NCBI GenBank assembly: GCA_005888095.1
Contig: VBKF01000089.1
Coordinates: 37,898 to 101,897, forward strand
DNA: 64,000 bases
Reading direction: 5' to 3'
Source of the DNA: Deltaproteobacteria bacterium
GTDB taxonomy: Bacteria > Desulfobacterota > Binatia > DP-6
A program made the position numbers and the translations under genes. A model generated the notes under the pieces. That model saw only the letters and a program-made list of their open reading frames with translations, had not been told where the DNA came from and did no database searches. Numbering within the stretch: the stretch's first letter is position 1; each line of letters begins with the position of its first letter. Below, in pieces: positions 47,707 through 57,672 of the stretch.

Positions 47707-49365
47707 GTGGCGACGTTGCGCGAGCTCGCCGCCGTCTGTGAACAGCTCGCCCGCACGCGCAGCCGGCGCGACCTGGCGCGGCAGGTGGCGGACTTCCTCG
47801 GCGGTCTCGAGGCCGAGGAGGTCCGGCCCGCCGTGCGATTCCTGCTCGGCCAGGCCGGCCGCGGCGGCGCCGTGAGCGGACAGACGCTCTGGCCCGTGCT
47901 CCTCCGCCTGGTCGGCGCGGCGGCGCCCGCCGACGTCTGGGCGGGCGCGGTCGACTTCGGCGAGGCCGTCGAGCGCCTGCTCGCGCGGCGCGAGACGCCG
48001 GCGGACCTTCCCGCGCTCGGCCTGCTCGACATCGAGGAGCGCGTGCGGGCCCTGGCCGGCGCGCGGGGCGCGGGCTCGCGGGCCGAGAAGGAGCGGCTCC
48101 TCGCCGACCTGTTCGCCCGCTTGACGCCGCTCGAGGCCAAGTACGTCGCGAAGAACCTGATCCGCGAGATGCGGACGGGAGCCGCGGAAGGCGTCCTGCT
48201 CGACGCGCTGGCGCTCGTGGCGGGCGGCGACCGGGCCGCGGTCGCCCGTGCGCACATGCTCGAAGGAGACCTCGGCGAGGTCGCCGCGCTCGCGCTCGCG
48301 CACCGCGGCGGGCCCTTGCCGGCGAGCGCCCTCGCCTACTTCCGCCCACTCCGTCCCATGCTGGCGCATACCGCGGAGAGCGTCGGCGAGGCGCTCGCGG
48401 CCTTTGGCGGCCGGGCGGGGGTGGAGTGGAAGCTCGACGGGGCACGCGTGCAGGTACACCGCCGCGGCGACGAGTGCCGGCTCTACTCGCGCCGCCTGCA
48501 GGATCTGACCGCCAGCCTGCCCGACGTCGTCGCCGCGCTGACGCGCGGGCTCGCCGCCCCGGCAGCGATCCTCGAGGGCGAGGTGATCGCGGTCGACGCC
48601 GCCAGCCGAGCGCTCCCCTTCCAGGAGCTCATGCGGCGCTTCCGGCGCATCCGCGACATCGGCCGTCTGGAGCGCGAGGTGCCGGTGCGGCTCTACCTGT
48701 TCGACGCGCTCCAGACGAGCGAGGAGTCGCTCATCGACCGTCCGTACGGCGAGCGCTGGGCTGCGCTCGAGCGCGTGCGCGGCACGCTGCCGACCGCGGC
48801 GCGCGTCGTGCCGGCGAGCGCGGCCGAGGCGGAGGCCTTCGCCGCCGCCGCGCTCGCCGACGGCTTCGAGGGCGTGATGGTGAAGGGGCTCGACGCGCGC
48901 TACACGCCCGGCGTCCGCGGCCGGGGCTGGCTCAAGGTGAAGCGCGCGACGACGGTCGACCTGGTGATCATCGCCGCCGACCATGGCTACGGCCGCCGCC
49001 ACGGCTGGCTCAGCAACTACCACCTGGCGGCGCGCGACGCGGACACGGGACGTCTCGAGCCGGTGGGAAAGACCTTCAAGGGGCTCACCGACGCGGAGTT
49101 CCGCGCCATGACCGACCGCCTCTCGGCCCTCGCCATCCGCGAGACGGGGCCGACGGTCCACGTCGAGCCTCGGATCGTGGTGGAGGTGCTGTTCACGGAC
49201 CTGCAGCGGAGCCCGACCTACCCCGCCGGGCTCGCGCTGCGCTTCGCGCGCATCGCTCGCATCCGCGACGACAAGACGCCCGCCGACGCCGACACCGTGC
49301 AGCATCTGCACGGGCTCTTCGCGCGGCAGCAGGCGCGGGCCGCCGGGAGGGAGGGAGAGACTTGA
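47707..49365 (+). CDS. ATP-dependent DNA ligase (three-domain DBD-adenylation-OB type)
   Basis: Motif I EWKLDGARVQ, motif III LEGEVIAVD, motif IV LYLFDAL, motif V EGVMVK...WLKVK, motif VI RFARIARIRDDK. The start is uncertain (GTG 47707 chosen; TTG 47671 is also possible). Confidence 0.88.
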   Translation: MATLRELAAVCEQLARTRSRRDLARQVADFLGGLEAEEVRPAVRFLLGQAGRGGAVSGQTLWPVLLRLVGAAAPADVWAGAVDFGEAVERLLARRETPADLPALGLLDIEERVRALAGARGAGSRAEKERLLADLFARLTPLEAKYVAKNLIREMRTGAAEGVLLDALALVAGGDRAAVARAHMLEGDLGEVAALALAHRGGPLPASALAYFRPLRPMLAHTAESVGEALAAFGGRAGVEWKLDGARVQVHRRGDECRLYSRRLQDLTASLPDVVAALTRGLAAPAAILEGEVIAVDAASRALPFQELMRRFRRIRDIGRLEREVPVRLYLFDALQTSEESLIDRPYGERWAALERVRGTLPTAARVVPASAAEAEAFAAAALADGFEGVMVKGLDARYTPGVRGRGWLKVKRATTVDLVIIAADHGYGRRHGWLSNYHLAARDADTGRLEPVGKTFKGLTDAEFRAMTDRLSALAIRETGPTVHVEPRIVVEVLFTDLQRSPTYPAGLALRFARIARIRDDKTPADADTVQHLHGLFARQQARAAGREGET

Positions 49366-50207
49366 GCCGTCGCGGGTGGTTGAAGCCCTCCTCGCGGGCG
49401 GCTAGGCTCGGCGCCGTGTGGCGGGGACCGGTCGCCGCGCTCGCGTTGCTCGCGGGCCTTGCGGTCACGCTCGCGCAGGGCAGCGAGGGCGATGCGGAGC
49501 GCGTGGTACGCTACACCAACGATCAGCTCACCGTGCGGCTCGCGCGCGCGCCCGTCGGCGAGGTGCTCGACGAGATCGGCCGGGCGAGCGGCGCCGAGAT
49601 CCGCGGCCAGCCGAATCCCCGCGAGGTCAGCGCGGCGTTCGAGGATGTCCCGCTTCCCGATGCGCTGCACCGGCTGCTCGGGAACCAGAACTTCACGCTC
49701 AAGTACGGGGAGAAGGGCCGGCTGGTCGCGATCGACCTGCTCGGGGGCCCGGCGACGGCCCCGGCCAGCATCACGCCCGCCGGCGCTCGCCCGTCCTCGA
49801 CCACGATGCCGACACCCCCGCCGCAGAACCTCCAGGAGGCATTGCGGCGCCATCCTCCCGTGCCGGTCACGGGCGCGCTCGCCACGGCCCTCGGCACGAA
49901 CGCGGCCTCCGTCGACCAGCTGCTCAACACGGTCCTGCACCACGACGACGCCGGCGTTCGCCAGGAGGCGCTGCGCGCCACGCTCAACGCCGTCGAGTCC
50001 GATGCCGCCCTGCGCGGCAGCCTGCTCGCGACGGTCAACACCATCGACGATGCGGCGCTCGGCGCCTCGCTGCGCGGCATCGCCGGCGACCGCGCCGAGG
50101 AGCTCATGGCGCAGGTGGCGACCCAGGCGCGCGCCAGCGAGCTCAGGGTAAAGGCCTCCTCCGTGCTCCAGCAGCTCCGTGCGCAGGCGAGCGCGGCGCA
50201 CCCCTGA
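49362..50207 (+). CDS. Hypothetical secreted protein (STN/FecR-C-like N-terminal segment, HEAT-like C-terminal helices)
   Basis: TTG 49362 overlaps the ligase TGA (TTGA) and follows GGGAGGGAGGGAGAG. Hydrophobic leader VAALALLAGLAVTLAQG. Start uncertain. Confidence 0.6.
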   Translation: MSRRGWLKPSSRAARLGAVWRGPVAALALLAGLAVTLAQGSEGDAERVVRYTNDQLTVRLARAPVGEVLDEIGRASGAEIRGQPNPREVSAAFEDVPLPDALHRLLGNQNFTLKYGEKGRLVAIDLLGGPATAPASITPAGARPSSTTMPTPPPQNLQEALRRHPPVPVTGALATALGTNAASVDQLLNTVLHHDDAGVRQEALRATLNAVESDAALRGSLLATVNTIDDAALGASLRGIAGDRAEELMAQVATQARASELRVKASSVLQQLRAQASAAHP

Positions 50208-50222
50208 CGGCAGTCGGCTTCC

Positions 50223-51224
50223 CTACGGGTGGCGGCGGCGGTAGTGGGCGACGGCGGCGTTGTGGGCGGCGAGGGTCGCGCTGAAGGTGTGCGTACCGTC
50301 GCCACGCGCCACGAAGTAGAGGTAGTCGACCGGCGCCGGCTCCACGGCGGCCTCGAGCGAGGCGCGGCCGGGGTTGGCGATCGGCCCGGGTGGCAGGCCG
50401 GGAATCGTGTAGGTGTTGAACGGTGTGGGACGGCGGAGGTCGGCGCGCGTGAGCGTCCGGTCGCGGCCCTCCCGCCCGTAGAGGACGGTCGGGTCGGACT
50501 GCAGCGGCATGCCGCGCCGCAGCCGGTTCAAGAACACGGCCGCCACCAGGGGGCGCTCCTCCGCGCGCGGCGTCTCCGCCTCGACCAGCGAGGCCAGCGT
50601 CACCGCCTGATGCGCGCTCAACCCGAGGTCGGCGGCGCGCAGCACGAGCTCGGGGGTGAACACCTCGCGGAAGCGGTGCACCATGCTGCGGAGGATGCGC
50701 TCCTGCGGCGTGGCGAGGGGGAACGCGTAGGTGTCGGGGAAGAGGTAGCCCTCCGCGCCCTCGGGCGGGAGATCCTCGTCGGCGAGGAAGCGCGCGTCCT
50801 GGAGCACGCAGAGGAAGCTTTCCTCGGAGCCGAACCCGGCCGCGGCGAGCAGCGCGACGACCTCGCGCACGGTGCGCCCCTCGGGGACGACGACGACGTG
50901 CAACGGGTCCGGCGGCCCCGTGATGCGCGCCAGCAGCTCGAGCGGCGAGAGCGGTCGCGTGATGAGGTACTCGCCCCAGTGCACCGCGCGGTCCTGGCGG
51001 GTCAGGCGGGCCCAGAGGACGAGCGGGCGCGGGTGACGGAGCACCCCCTGGCGCGCCAGGTCCGCGGCCACCTCGGCGAAGCGCTCGCCCTCGTCGACGG
51101 TGACGGCGACCGGCGCGGCGACGGGCGGACCGGGCCGGTGAAGGGCCAGCGCGAGCCCGACGGCCCCGAGCCCCGCGGCGCCCGCGAGCGCCAGCAGGCC
51201 CCGCCCGAGACGGCTCCCGGTCAC
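50223..51224 (-). CDS. mltG: Endolytic murein transglycosylase MltG (YceG-like)
   Basis: LASLVEAETPRAEERPLVAAVFLNRL, LQSDPTVLY, YNTYTIPGLPPGPIANPG. Confidence 0.92.
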   Translation of the reverse strand: MTGSRLGRGLLALAGAAGLGAVGLALALHRPGPPVAAPVAVTVDEGERFAEVAADLARQGVLRHPRPLVLWARLTRQDRAVHWGEYLITRPLSPLELLARITGPPDPLHVVVVPEGRTVREVVALLAAAGFGSEESFLCVLQDARFLADEDLPPEGAEGYLFPDTYAFPLATPQERILRSMVHRFREVFTPELVLRAADLGLSAHQAVTLASLVEAETPRAEERPLVAAVFLNRLRRGMPLQSDPTVLYGREGRDRTLTRADLRRPTPFNTYTIPGLPPGPIANPGRASLEAAVEPAPVDYLYFVARGDGTHTFSATLAAHNAAVAHYRRRHP

Positions 51225-51634
51225 GGGCGGCGCGCGGCCAGGTACCCCTGGAGGATCAGCGTGGCCGCCACCTGGTCGATGACCTCGCGACGCCGCCGGC
51301 GGCGGACGTCGGCCTCCAGCAGCGCCCGTTCGGCCGCCACCGTGGTCAGGCGCTCGTCCCAGAACTCGAGCGGCAGGCCGAGGTGGGCGGCGGCCTGCTC
51401 CGCAAAGCGGCGCACCTTGGCCGCCTGCGGACCCTCCGAGCCGCTGAGGGCGAGGGGCAGACCCACCACCAGCCGCTCGGGCGTGTAGGGGGCGAGCAGC
51501 GCGGCGAGGGCCTCCACGTCACGACGTCCTCCGACCCGACGAACCACGCCCACCCCCTGTGCCGTGATGCCGAGCTCGTCGCTCACCGCGACGCCGATCC
51601 GCGCCTCGCCGACGTCGAGCGCCGCGATGCGCAT
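51221..51634 (-). CDS. ruvX: Holliday junction resolvase-like / pre-16S rRNA nuclease RuvX (YqgF)
   Basis: MRIAALDVGEARIGVAVSD..., ~137 aa; overlaps the mltG start. Confidence 0.93.
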   Translation of the reverse strand: MRIAALDVGEARIGVAVSDELGITAQGVGVVRRVGGRRDVEALAALLAPYTPERLVVGLPLALSGSEGPQAAKVRRFAEQAAAHLGLPLEFWDERLTTVAAERALLEADVRRRRRREVIDQVAATLILQGYLAARRP

Positions 51635-51753
51635 GCCGACATCACGCTTAGCCGCGCGCCGCCCGGGCGGTCAAGCGACGCCCGTCTCAAGTGTTCCGTC
51701 CGAACGGCCGATATGCGGAACGGCCGCCCGAAGCACGGTACCGGCCTGAAGTG

Positions 51754-53115
51754 ATGGACAAACGTCGAGTTCGTTTGGCACGGTACACCATCGCAATCTC
51801 GAGCCTCAGATGGAACCTGGTCACCCTGACCTGCGTCGCGGCCCTGCTGCACGTGGGCCACGCGGGAGCGGCGCGCCGCAAGCGCCCGGCGCGGGCCCCC
51901 CATGGCCATGGGAAGCCGTGCGATACGGGCTCGACCACGCGCGCCCCTCGCAGCTGCCCGCGCGGGACGCGAGGCTCCGCGGCCGAGCACCTGAACGTGC
52001 GGCGGGGCGATACGCTGGAGGCGATCCTCGCCGAACGCGGCATCGGCACCGCCGAAGCACGGCCCTGGCTGGCGGCCGCGGCACGCGTCTACGACCTCCG
52101 CCGCATCCGCCCTCGGCGCGGCGTGAACCTCACCTTCGACCGCGCCACGCACGCGCTCGAAGCCGTCCGCTACCAGATCGACGGCCGCACGCTCCTCGTC
52201 CTCGAGGCGCAGGAAGATGGGACGATCGCGGCTCGCCGCGAGCTGCTGCCCTACTTCGTCGAGGTGAGGGGGGTCGCGGGCCGCATCGAGCGCGGGCTGA
52301 GCGAGGACGCGGTCGAGTTCGGCATGCCGGCGCGGGTCGTGTCCGACCTGGCGGACATCTTCGGATGGGACGTCGACGTCGCCGGCGACCTCCGGCCGGG
52401 CGACGAGTTCCGCGTCGTCTACGAGGACATCTGGCAGACCGGCGGCACGCGGCCCGAGCCCGGCAACGTGCTCGGCGCGCAGATCGTGTCCCGCGGGCGG
52501 ACGACCACGGCGATCTTCTTCGAGGACGCGGACGGCAATGGCGGCTACTACCGGCCGAGCGGTGACGCCCTCTCCCGGACCTTCCTGCGCTATCCGCTCG
52601 AGTTCACGGAGATCACCTCCGACTTCTCGCTTCTGCGCCTTCATCCCATCCTGCACATCTTCCGTCCCCATCGCGGCGTGGACTTCGCGGCGCCTCGCGG
52701 CACGCCCGTGCGCGCCGTCGCCGACGGGACGGTCAGCTACGCGGGCCGGCTGAAGGAGCTCGGCCGCTGCGTGCGCATCGATCACGCGGGAGCGCTCACC
52801 TCCTCGTACGGGCATCTGTCGGGCGTCGCCCCCGGCGTGCAGGCGGGGGCGGCGGTCAAGCGCGGGCAGCTGATCGGCTACGTCGGAGCGACGGGGCTGG
52901 CGACCGGCCCGCACCTCCACTATGCGCTCGACCGCGACGGTGAGTACGTCGACCCGCTGGCGCTGAGCGGCGCCATCGAGCAGCCCGTACCGGCCTCGGC
53001 GCGCCGCGCCTTCGAGCGCGTGCAGGCCGAGATGACCCGCGAGCTCGCCTCGCTCCCCGAGATGGCACACCCGCTCACGGTTACGCTCTCGCACCGAGGC
53101 CCCGGCCCGGAGTAG
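51754..53115 (+). CDS. M23-family metallopeptidase (murein DD-endopeptidase-like)
   Basis: HRGVDFAAPRGTPVRAVADG, GHLSG, GATGLATGPHLHYAL. Start taken at ATG 51754 (N-terminal TM). Confidence 0.88.
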   Translation: MDKRRVRLARYTIAISSLRWNLVTLTCVAALLHVGHAGAARRKRPARAPHGHGKPCDTGSTTRAPRSCPRGTRGSAAEHLNVRRGDTLEAILAERGIGTAEARPWLAAAARVYDLRRIRPRRGVNLTFDRATHALEAVRYQIDGRTLLVLEAQEDGTIAARRELLPYFVEVRGVAGRIERGLSEDAVEFGMPARVVSDLADIFGWDVDVAGDLRPGDEFRVVYEDIWQTGGTRPEPGNVLGAQIVSRGRTTTAIFFEDADGNGGYYRPSGDALSRTFLRYPLEFTEITSDFSLLRLHPILHIFRPHRGVDFAAPRGTPVRAVADGTVSYAGRLKELGRCVRIDHAGALTSSYGHLSGVAPGVQAGAAVKRGQLIGYVGATGLATGPHLHYALDRDGEYVDPLALSGAIEQPVPASARRAFERVQAEMTRELASLPEMAHPLTVTLSHRGPGPE

Positions 53116-53128
53116 CGCGACGCGCTAC

Positions 53129-53914
53129 CTGGACGGCCCGCGCCCGCGCCTCTTCGCCCACCGCGGCGCCTCCGGCCTGTTTCCCGAGAACACCCTCGAC
53201 GCCTTTGCCGCCGGCATCGGTGGGGGGGCAGAACGGCTCGAGCTGGACGTGCACGCCACCGCCGACGGGCAGGTGGTCGTGATCCACGACGAGACCCTGG
53301 AGCGCACGACGGACGGCACGGGCCTCGTCCGCGCCCTTCCCCTCGCCGCCCTCCAGCGCCTCGACGCGGGCTACCGCTTCCGCGCCCCCGACGGGACCCA
53401 TCCGTTCCGCGGCCGCGGGCTCCGCGTGCCGACGCTGGCCGAGGTCTTCACGGCCTTCCCGGGCGTCCCGCTCAACATCGAGCTGAAGCAGACCGATCCC
53501 CCGGCGGAGGCCGCGCTGGTCGCCGTGCTCGATCGCTTCGCGGCCCGCGACCAGACGCTGCTCGCCGCCGAGGACGGCACGATCATGGCCCGCATGCGCG
53601 CCGCCGCGCCCGACGTGCTGACCAGCTTCTCGGCCCCCGAGGTGGCCGAGTGGGTCTTCCGCCTGCGCGACGGCCGGCTCGCCGGCTACCGTCCGCCCGG
53701 CGTCGCCCTCCAAGTGCCGCCCGCGTTCGGCGACGTGGCGCTCGTCACGGCCGAGTCGGTCGCCGCCGCTCACCGGCTCGGCCTCGAGGTGCACGTGTGG
53801 ACCATCAACGACGAGGCGGAGATGGAGACGCTCCTCGACCTCGGGGTGGACGGGATCATGACCGACTTCCCCGCGCGCGGGGTCGCGGTGCTGCGCGGGC
53901 GCGGGCTCCGCTGA
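53129..53914 (+). CDS. Glycerophosphodiester phosphodiesterase (GDPD family); no canonical start codon upstream of the conserved N-terminus
   Basis: The conserved LFAHRGASGLFPENTLDAF (catalytic His-Arg) lies upstream of the first ATG/GTG/TTG in frame (GTG 53249). CTG 53129 would give MDGPRPRLFAHRG. Also VIHDETLERTT and HVWTIND. Confidence 0.75.
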   Translation: MDGPRPRLFAHRGASGLFPENTLDAFAAGIGGGAERLELDVHATADGQVVVIHDETLERTTDGTGLVRALPLAALQRLDAGYRFRAPDGTHPFRGRGLRVPTLAEVFTAFPGVPLNIELKQTDPPAEAALVAVLDRFAARDQTLLAAEDGTIMARMRAAAPDVLTSFSAPEVAEWVFRLRDGRLAGYRPPGVALQVPPAFGDVALVTAESVAAAHRLGLEVHVWTINDEAEMETLLDLGVDGIMTDFPARGVAVLRGRGLR

Positions 53915-53920
53915 GGACGC

Positions 53921-54721
53921 TCAGCCGGCGGGCCGCGGCGCGACCTCCCCGATCAACGCCAGCAACCCGTCGTGCAGCACGCCGTTCGACGCGATCATCC
54001 CCGGCCGCAGCGGCGACGGCTGGTTGAACACGAGCGGCCGGCCCTCGAGGTCGGTTGCCCGCCCGCCCGCCTCCTCGACGAGCAGCGACCCGGCGCAGAT
54101 GTCCCACTCGTTCTTCGGCGTGAGCGTGAAGGTCGCGTCGCCGGCGCCGGTGGCGATCTCGGCCAGCTTGAAGGCGACGCTGCCGGTGAGCTTGACGTGG
54201 ACGTGAGGCTTGAAGGCGTCCCACTCGCCGCGCTTGTCCTCGGAGCGGCTGGCGAGGACCACGGCATCGGCAACGCGCGCCGTCGTGCTCACGCGCGCCG
54301 GGGCGCCGTTCACCGTCGTGCCCTCGCCCCGGACCGCGGCGTAGAGGCGATCGGCGGCGGGGTTGTACTCGACCGCGACCACCGGGCGGCCATCCTCGAC
54401 CAGCGCCACACACACGCAGAACTCGGGGATGTGCTGGATGAACTCTTTCGTGCCGTCGAGCGGATCGACCACCCAGACGCGCCGGTGGGCGAGGCGCTCG
54501 TGGGAGTCGGCGGTCTCCTCCGAGAGCCAGCCGTCGTCGGGGAACGCCGCCTCGACGAGCCGGTGGATGCAGCCGTTCGCCTCGAGGTCGGCCAGGGTCA
54601 CCGGATTGTCGGGCCTCTTCTCGCGCGCCGCGACGCCGGGCACGTAGTAGCGCAGCACGATGGCGCCCGCCGCGCGCGCGGCCCGGACGGCGACCTCCCG
54701 CTCGCGGATGAAGGCGCTCAC
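53921..54721 (-). CDS. Inositol monophosphatase / CysQ-family phosphatase
   Basis: [27 protein letters not shown] 54721 overlaps the upstream TGA. Confidence 0.88.
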   Translation of the reverse strand: MSAFIREREVAVRAARAAGAIVLRYYVPGVAAREKRPDNPVTLADLEANGCIHRLVEAAFPDDGWLSEETADSHERLAHRRVWVVDPLDGTKEFIQHIPEFCVCVALVEDGRPVVAVEYNPAADRLYAAVRGEGTTVNGAPARVSTTARVADAVVLASRSEDKRGEWDAFKPHVHVKLTGSVAFKLAEIATGAGDATFTLTPKNEWDICAGSLLVEEAGGRATDLEGRPLVFNQPSPLRPGMIASNGVLHDGLLALIGEVAPRPAG

Positions 54722-55836
54722 GGCCGTGGCTTGAGCCCGCCGTCGGGTCCGAAGTCGTGCGCCTGGTGGTATTCGCGAACCAGGTTCTCCATCAGCGCCT
54801 CGCGCCGCTCGTAGAGCCGCTTCGCTTTGCGGGGAGGATGGGCCGCGAGCGCGTAGGCCGTGAGCAGCGGCAGCGCGATCGTCGAGTCGCAGTAGCACAC
54901 CACGGTGTCCGGCAGCTTGTCGGGATCGACCTTTCCCCAGCTGACGGCTTCGCTCGGCGTCGCGCCCGAGAGGCCGCCCGTGTCCACCCGGGCGTCGGTG
55001 AACTGCACGTAGTAGTCGTGCCCCTTCTCCTCGATGCCGAGCACCTCCTGCACCTGCGGCTCGGTCTGGAGGACGAAGTTCTTCGGCGAGCCGCCGCCGA
55101 GGATGAGCACGCCGCTCTTGCCGCCCGCGCGCTTCGCGCCGAGGACGATCGCCGCGGTCTCGTTCACGTCGCGCGAGACGTCGATCTTGAGCTTGCAGCC
55201 CTCGATGGCGAGGGCGGCGACGTTCATGCCTATCGAGCTGTCGCCCGGCGAGGAGGTGTAGACGGGGACCCCCTGCTCCCACGCCGCCGCGAGCAACGAT
55301 TTGCGCGTCAAGCCGAGCGCCCGCTGCCGCTCCGCGACGACGCGGCCGATCAGGTGATGGAACTCGGCGGTCCCCATCTCGCGCTGGAACTCGGGCGCGA
55401 AGAGGATCCGGCGGTAGAACGCGTCGGTGTCGAGCAGCACTGCGTAGTCGAAGACGACGTCGTAGATGCGGACGACGCCATCCTTGCGCAGCGCGACGTC
55501 GTCGAGGTCGGGCCGGCCGCGGTGCATGGTGAGGCCGATGCCGAAGTGGGTGTCGTGATAGAGGTTGGCGCCGGTGGAGACGATCCAGTCGACGAAGCCG
55601 GCCTCGATGAGCGGGATCAGGCACGACATGCCGAGACCCGCAGGAGTGAGCGCGCCGCTCAGGCTCACGCCCACCGTCACGTCGTCCTCGAGCATGCGGC
55701 GCACGAAGAGCTGCGCCGCTTCGCGCAGCCGCGCGCCGTTGTAGGCGAGGAGCGCGCCGTCGACGAGCTCGCATACGGTGGTCGTCCCCGTCACCGGGCG
55801 CGGCTCGATCCGCGCCCCCGCGAGGAGCCGCTTCAT
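54718..55836 (-). CDS. Deoxyhypusine synthase-like (DS family) protein
   Basis: Start at ATG 55836 ([11 protein letters not shown]). [19 protein letters not shown] and the C-terminal region are typical of the DHS/homospermidine synthase-like family. Confidence 0.85.
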   Translation of the reverse strand: MKRLLAGARIEPRPVTGTTTVCELVDGALLAYNGARLREAAQLFVRRMLEDDVTVGVSLSGALTPAGLGMSCLIPLIEAGFVDWIVSTGANLYHDTHFGIGLTMHRGRPDLDDVALRKDGVVRIYDVVFDYAVLLDTDAFYRRILFAPEFQREMGTAEFHHLIGRVVAERQRALGLTRKSLLAAAWEQGVPVYTSSPGDSSIGMNVAALAIEGCKLKIDVSRDVNETAAIVLGAKRAGGKSGVLILGGGSPKNFVLQTEPQVQEVLGIEEKGHDYYVQFTDARVDTGGLSGATPSEAVSWGKVDPDKLPDTVVCYCDSTIALPLLTAYALAAHPPRKAKRLYERREALMENLVREYHQAHDFGPDGGLKPRP

Positions 55837-55929
55837 CCCGCCCACGCGATCCTCCGTACCATTTCGCGACGCAATTTCAAAAGCGCACGGCGCTTGACGG
55901 CGCCGGCGCGAGCCTCTACGCAGACCGGC

Positions 55930-56391
55930 GTGCGTGCCCTGGCGGTGGCTCTCGCGACGGTCGGCGGCGTGGGCTACGCCCCGATCGCCTCGGGGACGGT
56001 GGGTTCGCTGGTCGCGCTGCCGCTGCTCCCCTTCCTGGCCGCGCTGCGCGACCGGGCGCCGGCCGCCTACGCGGCGCTCGTCCTCGGGCTCGTCGCCGTC
56101 GCCGTCTGGGCTGCGGGCCGCGCGGAGGATGCCCTCGGCATGGAGGACCATCCGCACATCGTGATCGACGAGGTCGCCGGGCTCGTCGTGGCCGGCGCCT
56201 TCCTGCCCGCCACCTGGCTGGCGGCGGGCGTGGCCTTCGTCCTCTTCCGCATCTTCGACGTGGTGAAGCCGTTCCCGGCGCGGCAGATCGATGGCGGCGT
56301 CGAGGGCGGGCTCGGGGTGGTCGGCGACGACCTCGTGGCGGGCGTCTATGCCGGGCTCCTCACCCGGCTCGTCCTCCGGACCCTCGCGTGA
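55930..56391 (+). CDS. pgpA: Phosphatidylglycerophosphatase A
   Basis: [51 protein letters not shown]. Start GTG 55930 is uncertain. Confidence 0.85.
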   Translation: MRALAVALATVGGVGYAPIASGTVGSLVALPLLPFLAALRDRAPAAYAALVLGLVAVAVWAAGRAEDALGMEDHPHIVIDEVAGLVVAGAFLPATWLAAGVAFVLFRIFDVVKPFPARQIDGGVEGGLGVVGDDLVAGVYAGLLTRLVLRTLA

Positions 56392-57665
56392 TCGAGCGCG
56401 CGGCCATTCTCTCGACCGGCGACGAGCTCACCACGGGCCGCATCGTCGACACCAATGCCAGCTGGATCGCCGATCAGCTCTTCGCCCTCGGCATGGACGT
56501 CGTCGCCGTGCTCACGGTCGGCGACTATCCCGAGCGGCTCGCCTGGGCCTGGCAGCAGGCGCTCGAGCTGGCCGAGGTCGTCATCTCGACGGGCGGCATC
56601 GGACCCACGACGGACGACCTGACCAACGAGGTCGTCGCCCGCGTTCTCGGCGTGCCGCTCGCCGAGGACCGCGCGTCCGCCGAACGCATCCGGCAGCTCT
56701 TCGCCGCGCTCGGCCGCGAGATGCCCGAGAACAACCTGAAGCAGGCCCTCCTGCCCCGGGGCGCGGTCGTCATCCCGAACCCGCTCGGCACGGCGCCGGG
56801 GTACCGCATCCATCATCGCGAGCGCCACCTCGTCGTCCTGCCCGGCGTGCCGCGCGAGATGAAGACGATGATGGACGAGACCGTGCTGCCCTGGCTGCGC
56901 ACGCTGCGCGGGGGCGACGTGTACCTGGCACGCGTCTTCCAGACCTTCGGGCTCAGCGAGTCGGCGCTCGACGAGATGGTTGCCGGCGTCGTCGAGCCCG
57001 CCGAAGCCCGCGTCTCGTTCCGGGCGAGCTTCCCGGAGATCTCGCTGCGCGTCGTCGTCCACGGCGAGCCGGCCTCCGCCGCGGCCCGGCTCGAGACCCT
57101 CGCGGCGCGCATCCGCGAGCGCATCGGCCCCTACGTGTACGGCGAGGGACCGGTCACGCTCGAGGAGGTGGTCGGCCGGCTGCTGCGCGAGCGGGAGCTC
57201 ACGCTGGCGCTGGCCGAGTCGTTGACGGGAGGCCTCGTCGGGCACCGCGTCACCAACGTGCCGGGCAGCTCCGCGTACCTCCGCGGCGCCGTCGTCGCCT
57301 ACGCCAATCGCGTCAAGCAGGAGCTGCTCGGGGTCCGCCGGGAAACCCTCGACGCGCACGGGGCGGTCAGCGAGCAGACGGCCGCCGAGATGGCCGCCGG
57401 CGTGCGGCGCGTCTTCGGGACGGACCTCGGGCTCGCGACCACCGGCATCGCCGGTCCCGAGGCGGCCACGGCCGAGAAACCCGCCGGCACCCTGTGGCTG
57501 GCGCTCGCCGCGGCGGACGGCACGGTCACCCGGCACTACCAGCTCTGGGGCACGCGCGACTGGATGAAGCTCCTCGCCTCGCAGATCGCGCTCGACTGGC
57601 TGCGCCGCCACGCGCTCGGGCAGCCGGTGATCGACTCGCAGCTCTTCCGGCCGAAGAGCGCCTAG
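56388..57665 (+). CDS. cinA: CinA-family protein (MoCF-like N-domain plus NMN amidohydrolase PncC domain)
   Basis: [19 protein letters not shown] and C-terminal ESLTGGL...YSN-like region. GTGA overlap with the pgpA stop. Confidence 0.93.
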   Translation: MIERAAILSTGDELTTGRIVDTNASWIADQLFALGMDVVAVLTVGDYPERLAWAWQQALELAEVVISTGGIGPTTDDLTNEVVARVLGVPLAEDRASAERIRQLFAALGREMPENNLKQALLPRGAVVIPNPLGTAPGYRIHHRERHLVVLPGVPREMKTMMDETVLPWLRTLRGGDVYLARVFQTFGLSESALDEMVAGVVEPAEARVSFRASFPEISLRVVVHGEPASAAARLETLAARIRERIGPYVYGEGPVTLEEVVGRLLRERELTLALAESLTGGLVGHRVTNVPGSSAYLRGAVVAYANRVKQELLGVRRETLDAHGAVSEQTAAEMAAGVRRVFGTDLGLATTGIAGPEAATAEKPAGTLWLALAAADGTVTRHYQLWGTRDWMKLLASQIALDWLRRHALGQPVIDSQLFRPKSA

Positions 57666-57672
57666 CTGGACC

